From positions 32,001 to 96,000 of the forward strand of contig JBBQUR010000016.1 of NCBI GenBank assembly GCA_038212275.1: DNA of 64,000 nt, given 5' to 3'. The notes beneath the pieces are model-generated. The model saw only the letters and a list, made by a program, of their open reading frames with translations, was not told the DNA's origin and did no database searches. This document shows, piece after piece, positions 27,756-36,801 of the stretch; within the stretch, counting starts at the first letter, position 1; each line of letters starts with the position of its first letter. The stretch comes from Planctomycetota bacterium (GTDB taxonomy: Bacteria; Planctomycetota; B15-G4). A program made the position numbers and the translations under genes.

Positions 27756-29236
27756 CAGCGCACGCGCCGCACGATGACCGGCGACACGAAGCGCTCGCTC
27801 GCGAGCAACGTGTCCACGCTGCCCTTGTCCGGATCCACGACGAGCAGCGCGCCCCGGCCGGTGCCGTAGACGCCCTTCTTCGTGCCGTCCTCGCCGAGCG
27901 CGAGCGGGTCGGCGTTTGCGTCGGCCAGCACGAGGCGGCCGTCGGCCAGCACGTCGCCGCCGGCGGGATCGACCATGGCGCGAGGGCGGCCCACCGTCAG
28001 GCTGTCGAGCAGCTTGTGCAGCGAGGCGCCGTGCGCGGTGAAATCCACGCGAAAGAGCGCCCCATCGCCGACGACGCCGCTCTCCGTGCCCTCGTTGGCG
28101 TCGAGCAGGAAAAGCGTGAGCTTCGGGTCGGGCACGTCATCGATCGCGCCGTCGGGCGCCGCCGGAGCGCTGTCGTCCGCGGCATCCACGTCGGCAGCGG
28201 CCTTGTCGCCGGCCTCTGCGCCCTCGTCGCCGCTCTGCGGTTCGTCCTGTTCGCCTGCCTCGCGCGACTCGCTGGATTCGCGTGGCGCGTCCGGTTCGCG
28301 CGGCGCGTCCGGCTCGCGTGGCGCGTCCGGTTCGATCGGGCCGCGCCCGATGCGGATCACGTGTCGCTCGCGGTTGCGGCTGCGTTCGCGATCCCGTTCG
28401 CGCTGCAGCTCGCGCGGATCGCGCCCGTCGCGCTCGATGAGCGCGACGGGCGAGACCGTGACGTCGGGCACGAGCAGCTCGACGAGCGCGCCGTCGCGCA
28501 CTTCGAAGAGCACGCCGGGCGTGGCGGCGCGGCCGTCGGCGAGGTGCATCTGATGCGGGTTGGAGTCGGCGTCCATGACCAGCACGCGGTTGTCGTTCAG
28601 CACGACGAGCGCGCCCGGCGTCACCAGCTCCGGCCCGGCCGCGGCGATGGTCGCCTCGCCCGCCGTGTCGTCGGACGCGATCGGGATCGCGAAGACGCAG
28701 CCGGTGTTCTGCCCGAGGTCCAGCGGGTCGGCGTCGCGGTCCGAGACGTAGAGCATGCGGTCGCGTCGCGAGAAGGCCATCGCCACGAGCTTGCGCGCGC
28801 GCGGGTCGCTCCAGAGCAGCGTGACCGGGCCGCCGGCCCAGTAGGTGCGGAAGATCGCGCCGCGCGCCGGGCCGTCGTCCGGCTGCCACTGCTGATCGAG
28901 GATGAGCACGCACTTGTCGGGCAGCACGAGGACGTCCACCGGCTCGCGCCAGCGGCTGTCCTCCGCGAAGGTGCTCAGCTCGAAGCGGTTGGCGGCGTCG
29001 CCCTCGTCACCCTCCGGGCGGGCGCGGAAGATCACGCCGAGGCGCTCGCCGTCCGGCTGCGCGGGGCCGGCGTCCATGTCCACGATGAGCAGGTCGCCGG
29101 CCCTGGGGTCCGCGGACCCGCCGAGGTCGCCGCACGCCGACGTCAGCCCCGCGAGTGCGACGGCCAGCACCCCGCAGGCCGCGGCGAAGGCACGGCTGCG
29201 CGAGGCCCCGGCGCGTGTGGTCACTTGATGCGGCAT
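27755..29236 (-). CDS. Hypothetical lipoprotein, beta-propeller-like, with low-complexity insertion
   Basis: Lipobox-like LTSAC; recurring blades DxDAxP...GxxFxV. Confidence 0.65.
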   Translation of the reverse strand: MPHQVTTRAGASRSRAFAAACGVLAVALAGLTSACGDLGGSADPRAGDLLIVDMDAGPAQPDGERLGVIFRARPEGDEGDAANRFELSTFAEDSRWREPVDVLVLPDKCVLILDQQWQPDDGPARGAIFRTYWAGGPVTLLWSDPRARKLVAMAFSRRDRMLYVSDRDADPLDLGQNTGCVFAIPIASDDTAGEATIAAAGPELVTPGALVVLNDNRVLVMDADSNPHQMHLADGRAATPGVLFEVRDGALVELLVPDVTVSPVALIERDGRDPRELQRERDRERSRNRERHVIRIGRGPIEPDAPREPDAPREPDAPRESSESREAGEQDEPQSGDEGAEAGDKAAADVDAADDSAPAAPDGAIDDVPDPKLTLFLLDANEGTESGVVGDGALFRVDFTAHGASLHKLLDSLTVGRPRAMVDPAGGDVLADGRLVLADANADPLALGEDGTKKGVYGTGRGALLVVDPDKGSVDTLLASERFVSPVIVRRVR

Positions 29237-29321
29237 GGGAGGTCAATGATATGCTCCGCCGCCCGCGCCCGGCGTGCTCAAACAGGCGTGCGCGGACCTC
29301 CCCCTCGCGACGGACACGACC

Positions 29322-30404
29322 ATGAAAATCACCACCATCGAGCAGGCCGGTTACGAGCGCGTCGCGAAGTGCGAAGACCCTGCCGCGGGCCTCACCGCCT
29401 ACATCGCCGTGCACAACACCACGCTGGGCCCGGCCCTCGGCGGCCTGCGCATGTGGAGTTACGAAAGCGAGAAGGCCGCCATCACGGACGTGCTGCGCCT
29501 CTCGCGCGGCATGACCTTCAAGTCCAGCGTCGCGAAGACGGGCCTGGGCGGCGGCAAGTCGGTGATCGTCGGCAATCCGCGCACCGACAAGACGGCCAAG
29601 CTCTTCGAGGCCATGGGTCGCTTCGTGGACAGCTTCGGCGGCCAGTACATCACGGCCGAGGATGTCGGCGTCGGCATCGAGGACCTGATGCACGTGCGCA
29701 AGACCACCAAGTGGGTGACGGGCCTTTCGCGCGCCGACGGCGGCAGCGGCAACCCGAGCCCCTACACGGCGCTCGGCTGCTTCGAGGGCGTCAAGGCCGC
29801 GGCCATCGAGGCCTGGGGCAGCGACGATCTCAAGGGCAAGGTCGTGGCGATGCAGGGTCCGGGCAACGTGGGCTTCCCGCTCGGCGAGCAGCTCGTGAAG
29901 GCCGGCGCGCGCCTCGTCGTGTGCGACGTGAACCAGGAGAACGTGGACCGCGCGGTCAAGCAGCTCGGCGCGCAGGCCGTCATGCCCAATGACATCTACG
30001 ACGTGCCGTGCGACATCTTCTCGCCCTGCGCGCTCGGCGGCATTCTCAATGACGACACGATCCCGCGCCTGAAGTGCAAGGTCATCGCGGGCGCCGCGAA
30101 CAACCAGCTGCTGGACGAGGTCAAGCACGCGGCGGCCGTCACCGCGCGCGGCCTGGTCTACGCGCCGGACTACGTGATCAACGCCGGCGGCATCATCAAC
30201 GTGTCGCTGGAGCTGGAGCCGGGTGGCTACAACGAGGCCGCCGCGGTGAAGAAGATCCAGAACATCTTCGAGGCGCTGCGCTCCATCTTCGAGACCGCCC
30301 GCAAGCAGAAGATCACGACGCACGCCGCCGCCCAGGCCGTGGCCGAGGCCAACCTCGCCGCCGGCCCCGCGAAGAAGAAGGCTGCAGCTCCCGCGGCGCG
30401 CTGA
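29322..30404 (+). CDS. Leu/Phe/Val dehydrogenase
   Basis: HNTTLGPALGGLRM, RGMTFK, GGGKSVI, YITAEDVG, GAANNQL, APDYVINAGG. Confidence 0.95.
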   Translation: MKITTIEQAGYERVAKCEDPAAGLTAYIAVHNTTLGPALGGLRMWSYESEKAAITDVLRLSRGMTFKSSVAKTGLGGGKSVIVGNPRTDKTAKLFEAMGRFVDSFGGQYITAEDVGVGIEDLMHVRKTTKWVTGLSRADGGSGNPSPYTALGCFEGVKAAAIEAWGSDDLKGKVVAMQGPGNVGFPLGEQLVKAGARLVVCDVNQENVDRAVKQLGAQAVMPNDIYDVPCDIFSPCALGGILNDDTIPRLKCKVIAGAANNQLLDEVKHAAAVTARGLVYAPDYVINAGGIINVSLELEPGGYNEAAAVKKIQNIFEALRSIFETARKQKITTHAAAQAVAEANLAAGPAKKKAAAPAAR

Positions 30405-30461
30405 GGCTGATCCTCCTGCGGCGCGCTTGAAGCGAGGCCTCCGCGGCGCGAGTCTCTGGCG

Positions 30462-32231
30462 ATGTCCGTCGTCCCGCCCGCCGCTTCCGCAGAACACCCG
30501 GCGTCCGGCGGATCCGATGAGCCCTCGAGTGGATCAGGCGCCTCCGGTGCTGCGGGCGCTGCCGAGGCCGCTGGCGCCGCCGGGGCGCCCGTGAAGCACG
30601 CGCCCGCCGACGAGAAACACTTCCTTCACTCCGCGTGGACGGTGTCCGCGCTCACGATGCTGTCGCGCGTGCTGGGGCTCGTGCGCGACCAGATCACGGG
30701 CGCTCTGCTCGGCGCCGGAGCAGTCAACGACGCGCTGATCTGGGCGTGGTCCATCCCGAACATGTTCCGGCGGCTCTTCGGCGAGGGCGCGCTGTCGTCG
30801 GCCTTCGTGCCGATCTACTCGCGCGTGCTCGAGAAAGAGGGCGTGGCGCGCGCGCGCCAGGTCAGCAACCAGGTCATCTCGTCGCTTGCGATCTTCCTCA
30901 CCGTGCTCGCGGCGGCCATGGCGCTGATCACGCTGCTGATGCCGCCGCAATGGCTGGCGGACTGGACCGGCAAGGATCTCGCCAAGGCCGAGCTCATGCT
31001 GCGCTACACGGCGCTGCTCACGCCGTATCTCGCCTTCATCTGCGTCATCGCGCAATTCATGGGCGTGATGAATGCGATGGGCGAGTTCGCCATCCCCGCG
31101 ATCGCATCCGTGATCCTCAACCTGATGTGGGTCGCCGGCGTCATTGCCGCCGCGTGGCTGATGGGCACGACGGCGAGCACGCCCGAAGCGCTCGAGGCGC
31201 TCAACGCGCGACAGGGTTACGTCATCGCCAGCGCGATCCTGATCTCCGGCCTGCTGCAGTTCCTGTGGCACCTGCCGGGACTGAAGCGGCTCGGCGTGGG
31301 CTTCGCCTTCACGCTGCCGCGTCGCACTGCGGAGCTCAAGGCCGTGCTCGCGTCCACGGGACCGATGCTCATCGGCATGGGCGCCGTGCAGCTCAACATC
31401 CTGATCGATCGCGCCGTCGCCGAAGGCTTCCTCTCGGACGGAGCCGTCACGCACCTCTACTACGGCCAGCGGATCATGCAGTTCCCGCAGGGTCTGGTGT
31501 CGGCTGCGCTGGTGTCCGCGGTGTTCCCGGCGCTGGCGCGCATGTCCTTGCGCGGCGACGGGAAGAGCGTCGTGGCCACCACCAGCCTGGCCATCCGCGT
31601 GAACTCGCTTCTCACGCTGCCGGCGGCCATCGGCTTCATCGTGCTGGCCGCGCCGATCGTGGCCCTGCTCTTCGAGCACGGCCACTTCGATGCCTCGGCC
31701 TCCGCGCTGACGGGGCGAGCCCTCATCGGCTTCTCGCTGGGCATCCCGTTCGCCGGCATGAACATGCTGCTGGCCCGCGCCTTCTACGCCCACGGCGACG
31801 TGCGCACGCCGATGCGCATCGGGTTGTTGGCCGTCGCGGTCAACGTCTTGCTCGATTTCGCGCTTGTCGGGCCGTTCGCGGAGCTGGGCCTCGCGCTGGC
31901 AACCTCGGTGGCGACGGCCGTCAATTCGTGGATGCTGCTCACGGCCTTCCGCGCGCGGATGAGGCTGCCGCGCGAGGAGCGCCTGCTCTCGGGCCTGGCT
32001 CCCGCACTCGGTCTCACGGCGCTCATGGGCGTCGTCGTGTGGGGCGTCGACTTCGGTGTCGAGCGCGCGGTGGCTGCGGCGGACTGGCCGGCCGGCGGCC
32101 TGCTCACGCTGGGCGTGCGCTGCGGCGTCGGCATCGGCGCAGGCCTGGCCGTCTACCTCGGCCTCGCCAGCCGCCTCTGCCCGCAGGAATGGAACGAGCT
32201 CTCCCGCCTCTGGCGGCGCCGCCCCGCCTGA
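30462..32231 (+). CDS. murJ: Lipid II flippase MurJ (MviN)
   Basis: SRVLGLVRD, IPNMFRRLFGEGALSSAFVP, LYYGQRIMQFPQG, RAFYAHGDVRTP. Confidence 0.95.
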   Translation: MSVVPPAASAEHPASGGSDEPSSGSGASGAAGAAEAAGAAGAPVKHAPADEKHFLHSAWTVSALTMLSRVLGLVRDQITGALLGAGAVNDALIWAWSIPNMFRRLFGEGALSSAFVPIYSRVLEKEGVARARQVSNQVISSLAIFLTVLAAAMALITLLMPPQWLADWTGKDLAKAELMLRYTALLTPYLAFICVIAQFMGVMNAMGEFAIPAIASVILNLMWVAGVIAAAWLMGTTASTPEALEALNARQGYVIASAILISGLLQFLWHLPGLKRLGVGFAFTLPRRTAELKAVLASTGPMLIGMGAVQLNILIDRAVAEGFLSDGAVTHLYYGQRIMQFPQGLVSAALVSAVFPALARMSLRGDGKSVVATTSLAIRVNSLLTLPAAIGFIVLAAPIVALLFEHGHFDASASALTGRALIGFSLGIPFAGMNMLLARAFYAHGDVRTPMRIGLLAVAVNVLLDFALVGPFAELGLALATSVATAVNSWMLLTAFRARMRLPREERLLSGLAPALGLTALMGVVVWGVDFGVERAVAAADWPAGGLLTLGVRCGVGIGAGLAVYLGLASRLCPQEWNELSRLWRRRPA

Positions 32232-32288
32232 ACACCGCGCGCCGCGCCGCGCGCCTGTCTGCCCACCCGTGTGCCCGCCTGCCTGCGC

Positions 32289-32329
32289 ACTTGTGTGATG
32301 TAGAGGCACTGCCTCAACATCACACAGGT
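32289..32329. other. 41-bp near-perfect palindrome between murJ and the P-II gene
   Basis: Arms tgtgtgatgtagaggca (32292-32308) and tgcctcaacatcacaca (32310-32326), one mismatch; AT-rich relative to flanks. Confidence 0.85.
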
Positions 32330-32439
32330 CGCGAGAGAGGGGGGCGCACGAGCTCTTCGGCTCGCGGTCGGGCGGTGATCGCGACGGATCGGCCTGCTGC
32401 GGCGACCGCCAGCCGACTGGCGCGGCTAAGATGTCGCGC

Positions 32440-32811
32440 ATGACTGCCGAGCCGACCGCCTCCGCCGCTGCTTCCGTCTGCAGGCCGCTGCCGGCCGGCA
32501 CGCGCGCGCGGGTCGTCGCGCTGGTGCGGCCGGTGCGCCTGGACGCCGTGATGGAGGCGCTTGCCGTCCTGGGCGCCGACGCGCCGCGCGACGTGCTCAT
32601 CGAGCAGGTGCGCGGCTACGGCCGCCAGAAGACGCACCTCGACTTCTACGAGGAAGGGCCCTGCGAGGGCGGCTTCGTGCCGAAGGTCCGCCTGCAATTC
32701 ACGGTGGACGCGGCGGGCCTCGACGCGGCGGTGACCGCGCTGCGCACCGGCGCGCGCACCGGCCGCATCGGCGACGGCAAGGTCTTCATCCACGCGGTGG
32801 AGCGCGCATGA
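32440..32811 (+). CDS. P-II family signal transduction protein, atypical
   Basis: VRGYGRQK, FVPKV, RTGRIGDGKVFI; TAAGAT 7 nt before the ATG. Confidence 0.9.
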   Translation: MTAEPTASAAASVCRPLPAGTRARVVALVRPVRLDAVMEALAVLGADAPRDVLIEQVRGYGRQKTHLDFYEEGPCEGGFVPKVRLQFTVDAAGLDAAVTALRTGARTGRIGDGKVFIHAVERA

Positions 32812-33704
32812 CCGCACCCGACGCGACGCCCGACTCCGCGCGCGACGCGACGCGCGATGCGACGCCCGACGCCACTCCCGACATCTGGGAAGAAATCGTC
32901 GCGTGCCGGCGCCGGGGCGAGGCCGCCGCGCTGGCGACCATCGTCTCGACCATCGGCAGCACGCCGGGCAAGGACCCGATGAAGATGCTCGTGCGCGGCG
33001 ACGGCACCTTCGTCGGCAGCGTCGGCGGCGGCTGCCTCGAGGCCGAGGTGTGGGAGCACGCGCGCGCCGTCATGCAGAGCCTGCAGCCGATGACGGTCAC
33101 GTTCACGCTTACGGAGAAGGACTACCCGGACAGCGGTCTCATCTGCGGCGGCTCGCTCAGCATCTTCATCGAGCCGGTGACGCAGCCGTCCGTGCACGTC
33201 TTCGGCGCGGGGCACGTCGGCCTCGCGACGGCGCGCCTCGCGCATGAGGCCGGCTTCCGCGTCACGCTCTACGACGACCGCCCCGACATGCTCGCGCCGG
33301 CGCGCGTCGGCCCGGGCATCGCGTGCGTCGCCGGGGAGTTCGAGGAGACCGCCGCGCATGCACCGCTGGGCGACATGGCGCACGTCCTCGTGGTGACGCG
33401 CGGCCACCACGACGATGAGCGCGTGCTGCGCTGCCTCGCGCGCGGCCGCCGCAACCCGCGCTTCCTCGGCATGATCGGCAGCCGTTCCAAGCGCACGCTC
33501 CTGCTGCGGCGCCTCGGCAGCGAGGGCATCGAGCAGGCCTGGCTCGACCGCATCATCTCGCCCGTCGGCCTGCCGATCGGCGCGCGCACGGCGCCGGAAA
33601 TCGCGGTCTCCATCGTGGCCCAGCTCATCGAGCGCTGCCGCGGCGGCGGGATGGGCAACGAAGCCGCACGCTCCGCCGCACGCGCCCGGCAGGCGTCGCC
33701 TTGA
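32808..33704 (+). CDS. XdhC/CoxI-family molybdoenzyme maturation factor
   Basis: GSTPGK, GSVGGGCLE, GLICGG, FGAGHVG, GMIGSRSK, SPVGLPIGARTAPEIAVSIVAQL. Confidence 0.93.
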   Translation: MTAPDATPDSARDATRDATPDATPDIWEEIVACRRRGEAAALATIVSTIGSTPGKDPMKMLVRGDGTFVGSVGGGCLEAEVWEHARAVMQSLQPMTVTFTLTEKDYPDSGLICGGSLSIFIEPVTQPSVHVFGAGHVGLATARLAHEAGFRVTLYDDRPDMLAPARVGPGIACVAGEFEETAAHAPLGDMAHVLVVTRGHHDDERVLRCLARGRRNPRFLGMIGSRSKRTLLLRRLGSEGIEQAWLDRIISPVGLPIGARTAPEIAVSIVAQLIERCRGGGMGNEAARSAARARQASP

Positions 33705-33834
33705 CCGCTCTCTCGGCGGCCCCGTAACCTTTCCCGTTTCGTCCTCGTACAGAGGAGGGCGGCCTGGAGGCGGTCAACCGCCGCAGGTCTGGCCTGCCAG
33801 TCCGCAACGCTGCGCCCCGACGCCGGAGTGTCCC

Positions 33835-35001
33835 GTGATCCTGAACACCGTGAAGACCGCGATGCTGCCGCTGCGCCCGCTGCTGTTCGTCCTCGCGCTC
33901 ACAATGCTTGCGGGCAGCCTGCGTGCCGACACCATCACGATGTTCGACGGCACGGTGATCGACGGCGTGCGCGTCAAGACCGAGTCCTGGGAGAAGGTCG
34001 AGTACCTCAAGCCCAAGGTGACGACGCTTCAGAGCGCCCAGTCGGCGGACGTGAAGGACGTCGTGTACGGCCAGACGAGCAAGGACTACATCGCGGCCCT
34101 CGCGCTGATCGACGAGGGCAACGTCGTCGACGCCACGCGTTACTTCGAAGCGGTCTTCAGCGACGAGTCGCTGCCGGAGCCGCTGCGCGCGGCGGCCGGT
34201 GCGGAGCGCGCCGATCGCCTCCTGTCGATCGGGCAGCTCGACCTGGCCCTCGATGCCTACGGCCAGCTCCTGACCGCCTTCCCCAACACTCGCCAGCTGC
34301 CGCGCGCGCTGCTGGGCAAGGGCCGCGCGCTGTTCTTCAAGAAGCTCAACGACGAGGCCCGCACGGCCTTCGAGAAGCTGAAGTCGGAAGTGGACGCCAA
34401 GAAGCTCGGCGAGCTGTGGCTCATGCAGGCCGACTACAACCTCCTGCTCCTCGACGAAGTGTCGGGCGGCAAGCCCGAGGAGACCGCGAAGGGCTACGAG
34501 GCCCTGCGCAGCGCGGCGGGCACGCGCTTCCCGCTCATCGCGAGTCAGGCGGAGCTCGGTCTTGCCCGCGCCAACTTCGCCGCCCAGAAGTACGACGCGG
34601 CGCTGCCGCTCTACGAGGACATCATCGACAAGCGGCTGGATTCATCGAAGGACATCGTGGCCGCCGCCTTCAACGGCCGCGGGCAGATCAACTTCGCGGT
34701 GGCCGGAGCGGCGATCGAGCGCTCACAGAAAGCCGGCGCCAAAGGAGACAAGGCCAAGGCCGATTCGGAACACGAGAACGCGATGGAGGCCTACGCCGCC
34801 GCGCGGCTCGACTTCCTGCGAGTCGTCACCAGCTATCCGGACGTGGTCGCGCAGCAGCCCGACGCGATGTATTACGCCGCGCAGTGCTTCATCAACATCG
34901 GCGGACCGGACTCGGACGCCCGCGCCCGGTCGCTGCTCGCCCGCTGCGCGCAGCGGTATCCCGAGACCGCGTCGGGCAAGAAGGCAGCCGCCGCGAAGTG
35001 A
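33835..35001 (+). CDS. Secreted tetratricopeptide-repeat protein
   Basis: Signal peptide ending LRA-DTI; helical TPR-like repeats. Start may be 33862. Confidence 0.75.
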   Translation: MILNTVKTAMLPLRPLLFVLALTMLAGSLRADTITMFDGTVIDGVRVKTESWEKVEYLKPKVTTLQSAQSADVKDVVYGQTSKDYIAALALIDEGNVVDATRYFEAVFSDESLPEPLRAAAGAERADRLLSIGQLDLALDAYGQLLTAFPNTRQLPRALLGKGRALFFKKLNDEARTAFEKLKSEVDAKKLGELWLMQADYNLLLLDEVSGGKPEETAKGYEALRSAAGTRFPLIASQAELGLARANFAAQKYDAALPLYEDIIDKRLDSSKDIVAAAFNGRGQINFAVAGAAIERSQKAGAKGDKAKADSEHENAMEAYAAARLDFLRVVTSYPDVVAQQPDAMYYAAQCFINIGGPDSDARARSLLARCAQRYPETASGKKAAAAK

Positions 35002-35026
35002 CGGCGCGGCCTCCCGCACTGCACCC

Positions 35027-35710
35027 GTGAAGAGCTTCCGCGTCTCGCCGCTGCTGCCGCGCTCGTCGCTCGAGGCCTTCGGCTTCGACTTCTTTCACGG
35101 CCTGTTCCGGCTGGTGCTGCGCACGCTGTACCGCATGAGCCTGGCGGACACGCGCGCGCTGCCGGACGGCGCCGTGATTCTGGCCGCCAATCACCGCTCC
35201 TTCATCGACCCGCTCGTGCTGGGCCAGGCCACCGAGCGCCGCACCACCTTCATGATGAAGGGCAAGTACTACGACCTGCCGGCGCTCAACTGGTTCTTCC
35301 GGATGTCGCGCTGCATCATCGTGGATTCCGAGCGCGATAATCGCTCGACGCTGCGCGCGGCGAAGGAGGTGCTGGAGGCGGGAGGCGTGCTGGGCATCTT
35401 CCCCGAGGGGCACATCTCGGACGACGGCAACCTGCAGGCGGGGCAGGCAGGCGTCGCGTGGCTGGCGCGCCGCACCGGAGCGCCGGTCTATCCCGTGCAC
35501 CTCGGCGGCACGCGCGAGGCGCTGAAGAAGCGCGACAAGCGGATGCACCTGTCGCATGTGACGATGCGAGTGGGTGAGCCGCTCTCCATCGCGGACTACC
35601 CCGACACGCGCGAAGGCGCCGAGGCCTTCACCGTCGCGCTCATGCAGGCGATCCGCGAGCTGGGAGCGCCCCGCGCAAGCCGCGCCGGCTCGCCGCGCAA
35701 CGCCGCCTGA
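35027..35710 (+). CDS. Lysophospholipid acyltransferase (PlsC-like)
   Basis: NHRSFID (HxxxxD) and IFPEG motifs. Confidence 0.9.
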   Translation: MKSFRVSPLLPRSSLEAFGFDFFHGLFRLVLRTLYRMSLADTRALPDGAVILAANHRSFIDPLVLGQATERRTTFMMKGKYYDLPALNWFFRMSRCIIVDSERDNRSTLRAAKEVLEAGGVLGIFPEGHISDDGNLQAGQAGVAWLARRTGAPVYPVHLGGTREALKKRDKRMHLSHVTMRVGEPLSIADYPDTREGAEAFTVALMQAIRELGAPRASRAGSPRNAA

Positions 35711-36210
35711 ATCGGCCGTGCCGTAGCGTGCCGTAGCGCGTGCCGTGCCTTGGTGTGCCGCGGTGCGGTCTGCAGCGGCGACGGCAGCGACGGTTATTTC
35801 CTCGTGTCGGCGCCATCAGGTCTCCACTCCGTGCGGGGTCGGTTCGAGGACGCGGAGCAGGCGATGGCGCAGGGGGCGGCGCGCGTGGACACACGAGTGA
35901 TCGGAGGCGCGTGATGATTTCGCGGGAGGGGGCTGAGGCTGTCGGCGTGACGCCGAGAACAGGCAGCCAGGAAGCTGGTGTATCGCCCAGCGAACTGTCG
36001 GCAGAACGGTGCGGCGCCGCGACCTGCGATCTGCGCGGTGAGCACCCCGGCCATGCCCCCTGCGGCGCGCCCGGCAGTGAGCCCGGCCCTGCGCCTAGCC
36101 TTGCGCCCCGCCCTGCGCCCGGCCTTGCGTCCGGCGATCCGGCCGGCGACGCGCCCGGCGATGCGCCCCGCAGCGCGCCGACCGACGTCACCGGCGATGG
36201 CGTGGGGGGG

Positions 36211-36771
36211 ATGGATGAGCCGGCGTCGCCTTCGGTGCCGCAGGTGCCGGAACGGGAGCTGCAGCGCAGGCTGCTGTGTTTCGCGCGGCGCTTCCTCCGC
36301 GATCGGACGGAGGCCGAGGACGTCATGCAGGAGACGCTCCTGCGGGCCCGGCAAAGCGAAACCCGGCTTCGGACTCCGGAGCGGGCCGAGGCCTGGTTGT
36401 TCCGTATCTGTCGACACGCCGCCATCGACCATCGGCGGGCTCGCAGAGTGCGGGAGCGGGTCTGGCATCCACTGACCGAGGAGCGTGCCGAATGCGCGGC
36501 TGCGGTGCCGGCAGCGCCCGCGGGCCATCCGTCGGCCCGGGTCGTGCGCGTCCTGCGAAGCCTTCCGGCGCATCACCGGGTGCTCATGAGCCTGCATTAC
36601 GAGCGCGGCCTGCCGCAGGGGGCGATCTGCCAGTTGACCGGCCTGTCCACCTCCGCGCTGCGAGTCCGGTTGTTTCGCGCGCGCGGCGCGCTGTCGACGC
36701 GAGGCGGCACGGGCGGCACGGGCGGCTCGAGCGGCCATGGCGTCAAGCGCGAACGACTCGCGGGCCGATAG
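36211..36771 (+). CDS. ECF RNA polymerase sigma factor
   Basis: Region 2 EAEDVMQETLLRA...AWLFRICRHAAID; region 4 SLPAHHR...LRVRLFRAR. Start uncertain (frame open from 35740). Confidence 0.85.
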   Translation: MDEPASPSVPQVPERELQRRLLCFARRFLRDRTEAEDVMQETLLRARQSETRLRTPERAEAWLFRICRHAAIDHRRARRVRERVWHPLTEERAECAAAVPAAPAGHPSARVVRVLRSLPAHHRVLMSLHYERGLPQGAICQLTGLSTSALRVRLFRARGALSTRGGTGGTGGSSGHGVKRERLAGR

Positions 36772-36801
36772 AGAGCCGTCCATGTCAGCGGCCTGTGGGG
36801 C

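Noticed and set aside
32294..32324. CRP/FNR site within the palindrome
   Set aside because: Half-site spacing is far longer than the canonical 6 nt.
35740..36210. Long N-terminal extension of the ECF sigma
   Set aside because: Low-complexity 12-bp repeats with no domain signal; ATG 36211 gives a normal-sized ECF, though an upstream start is not excluded.
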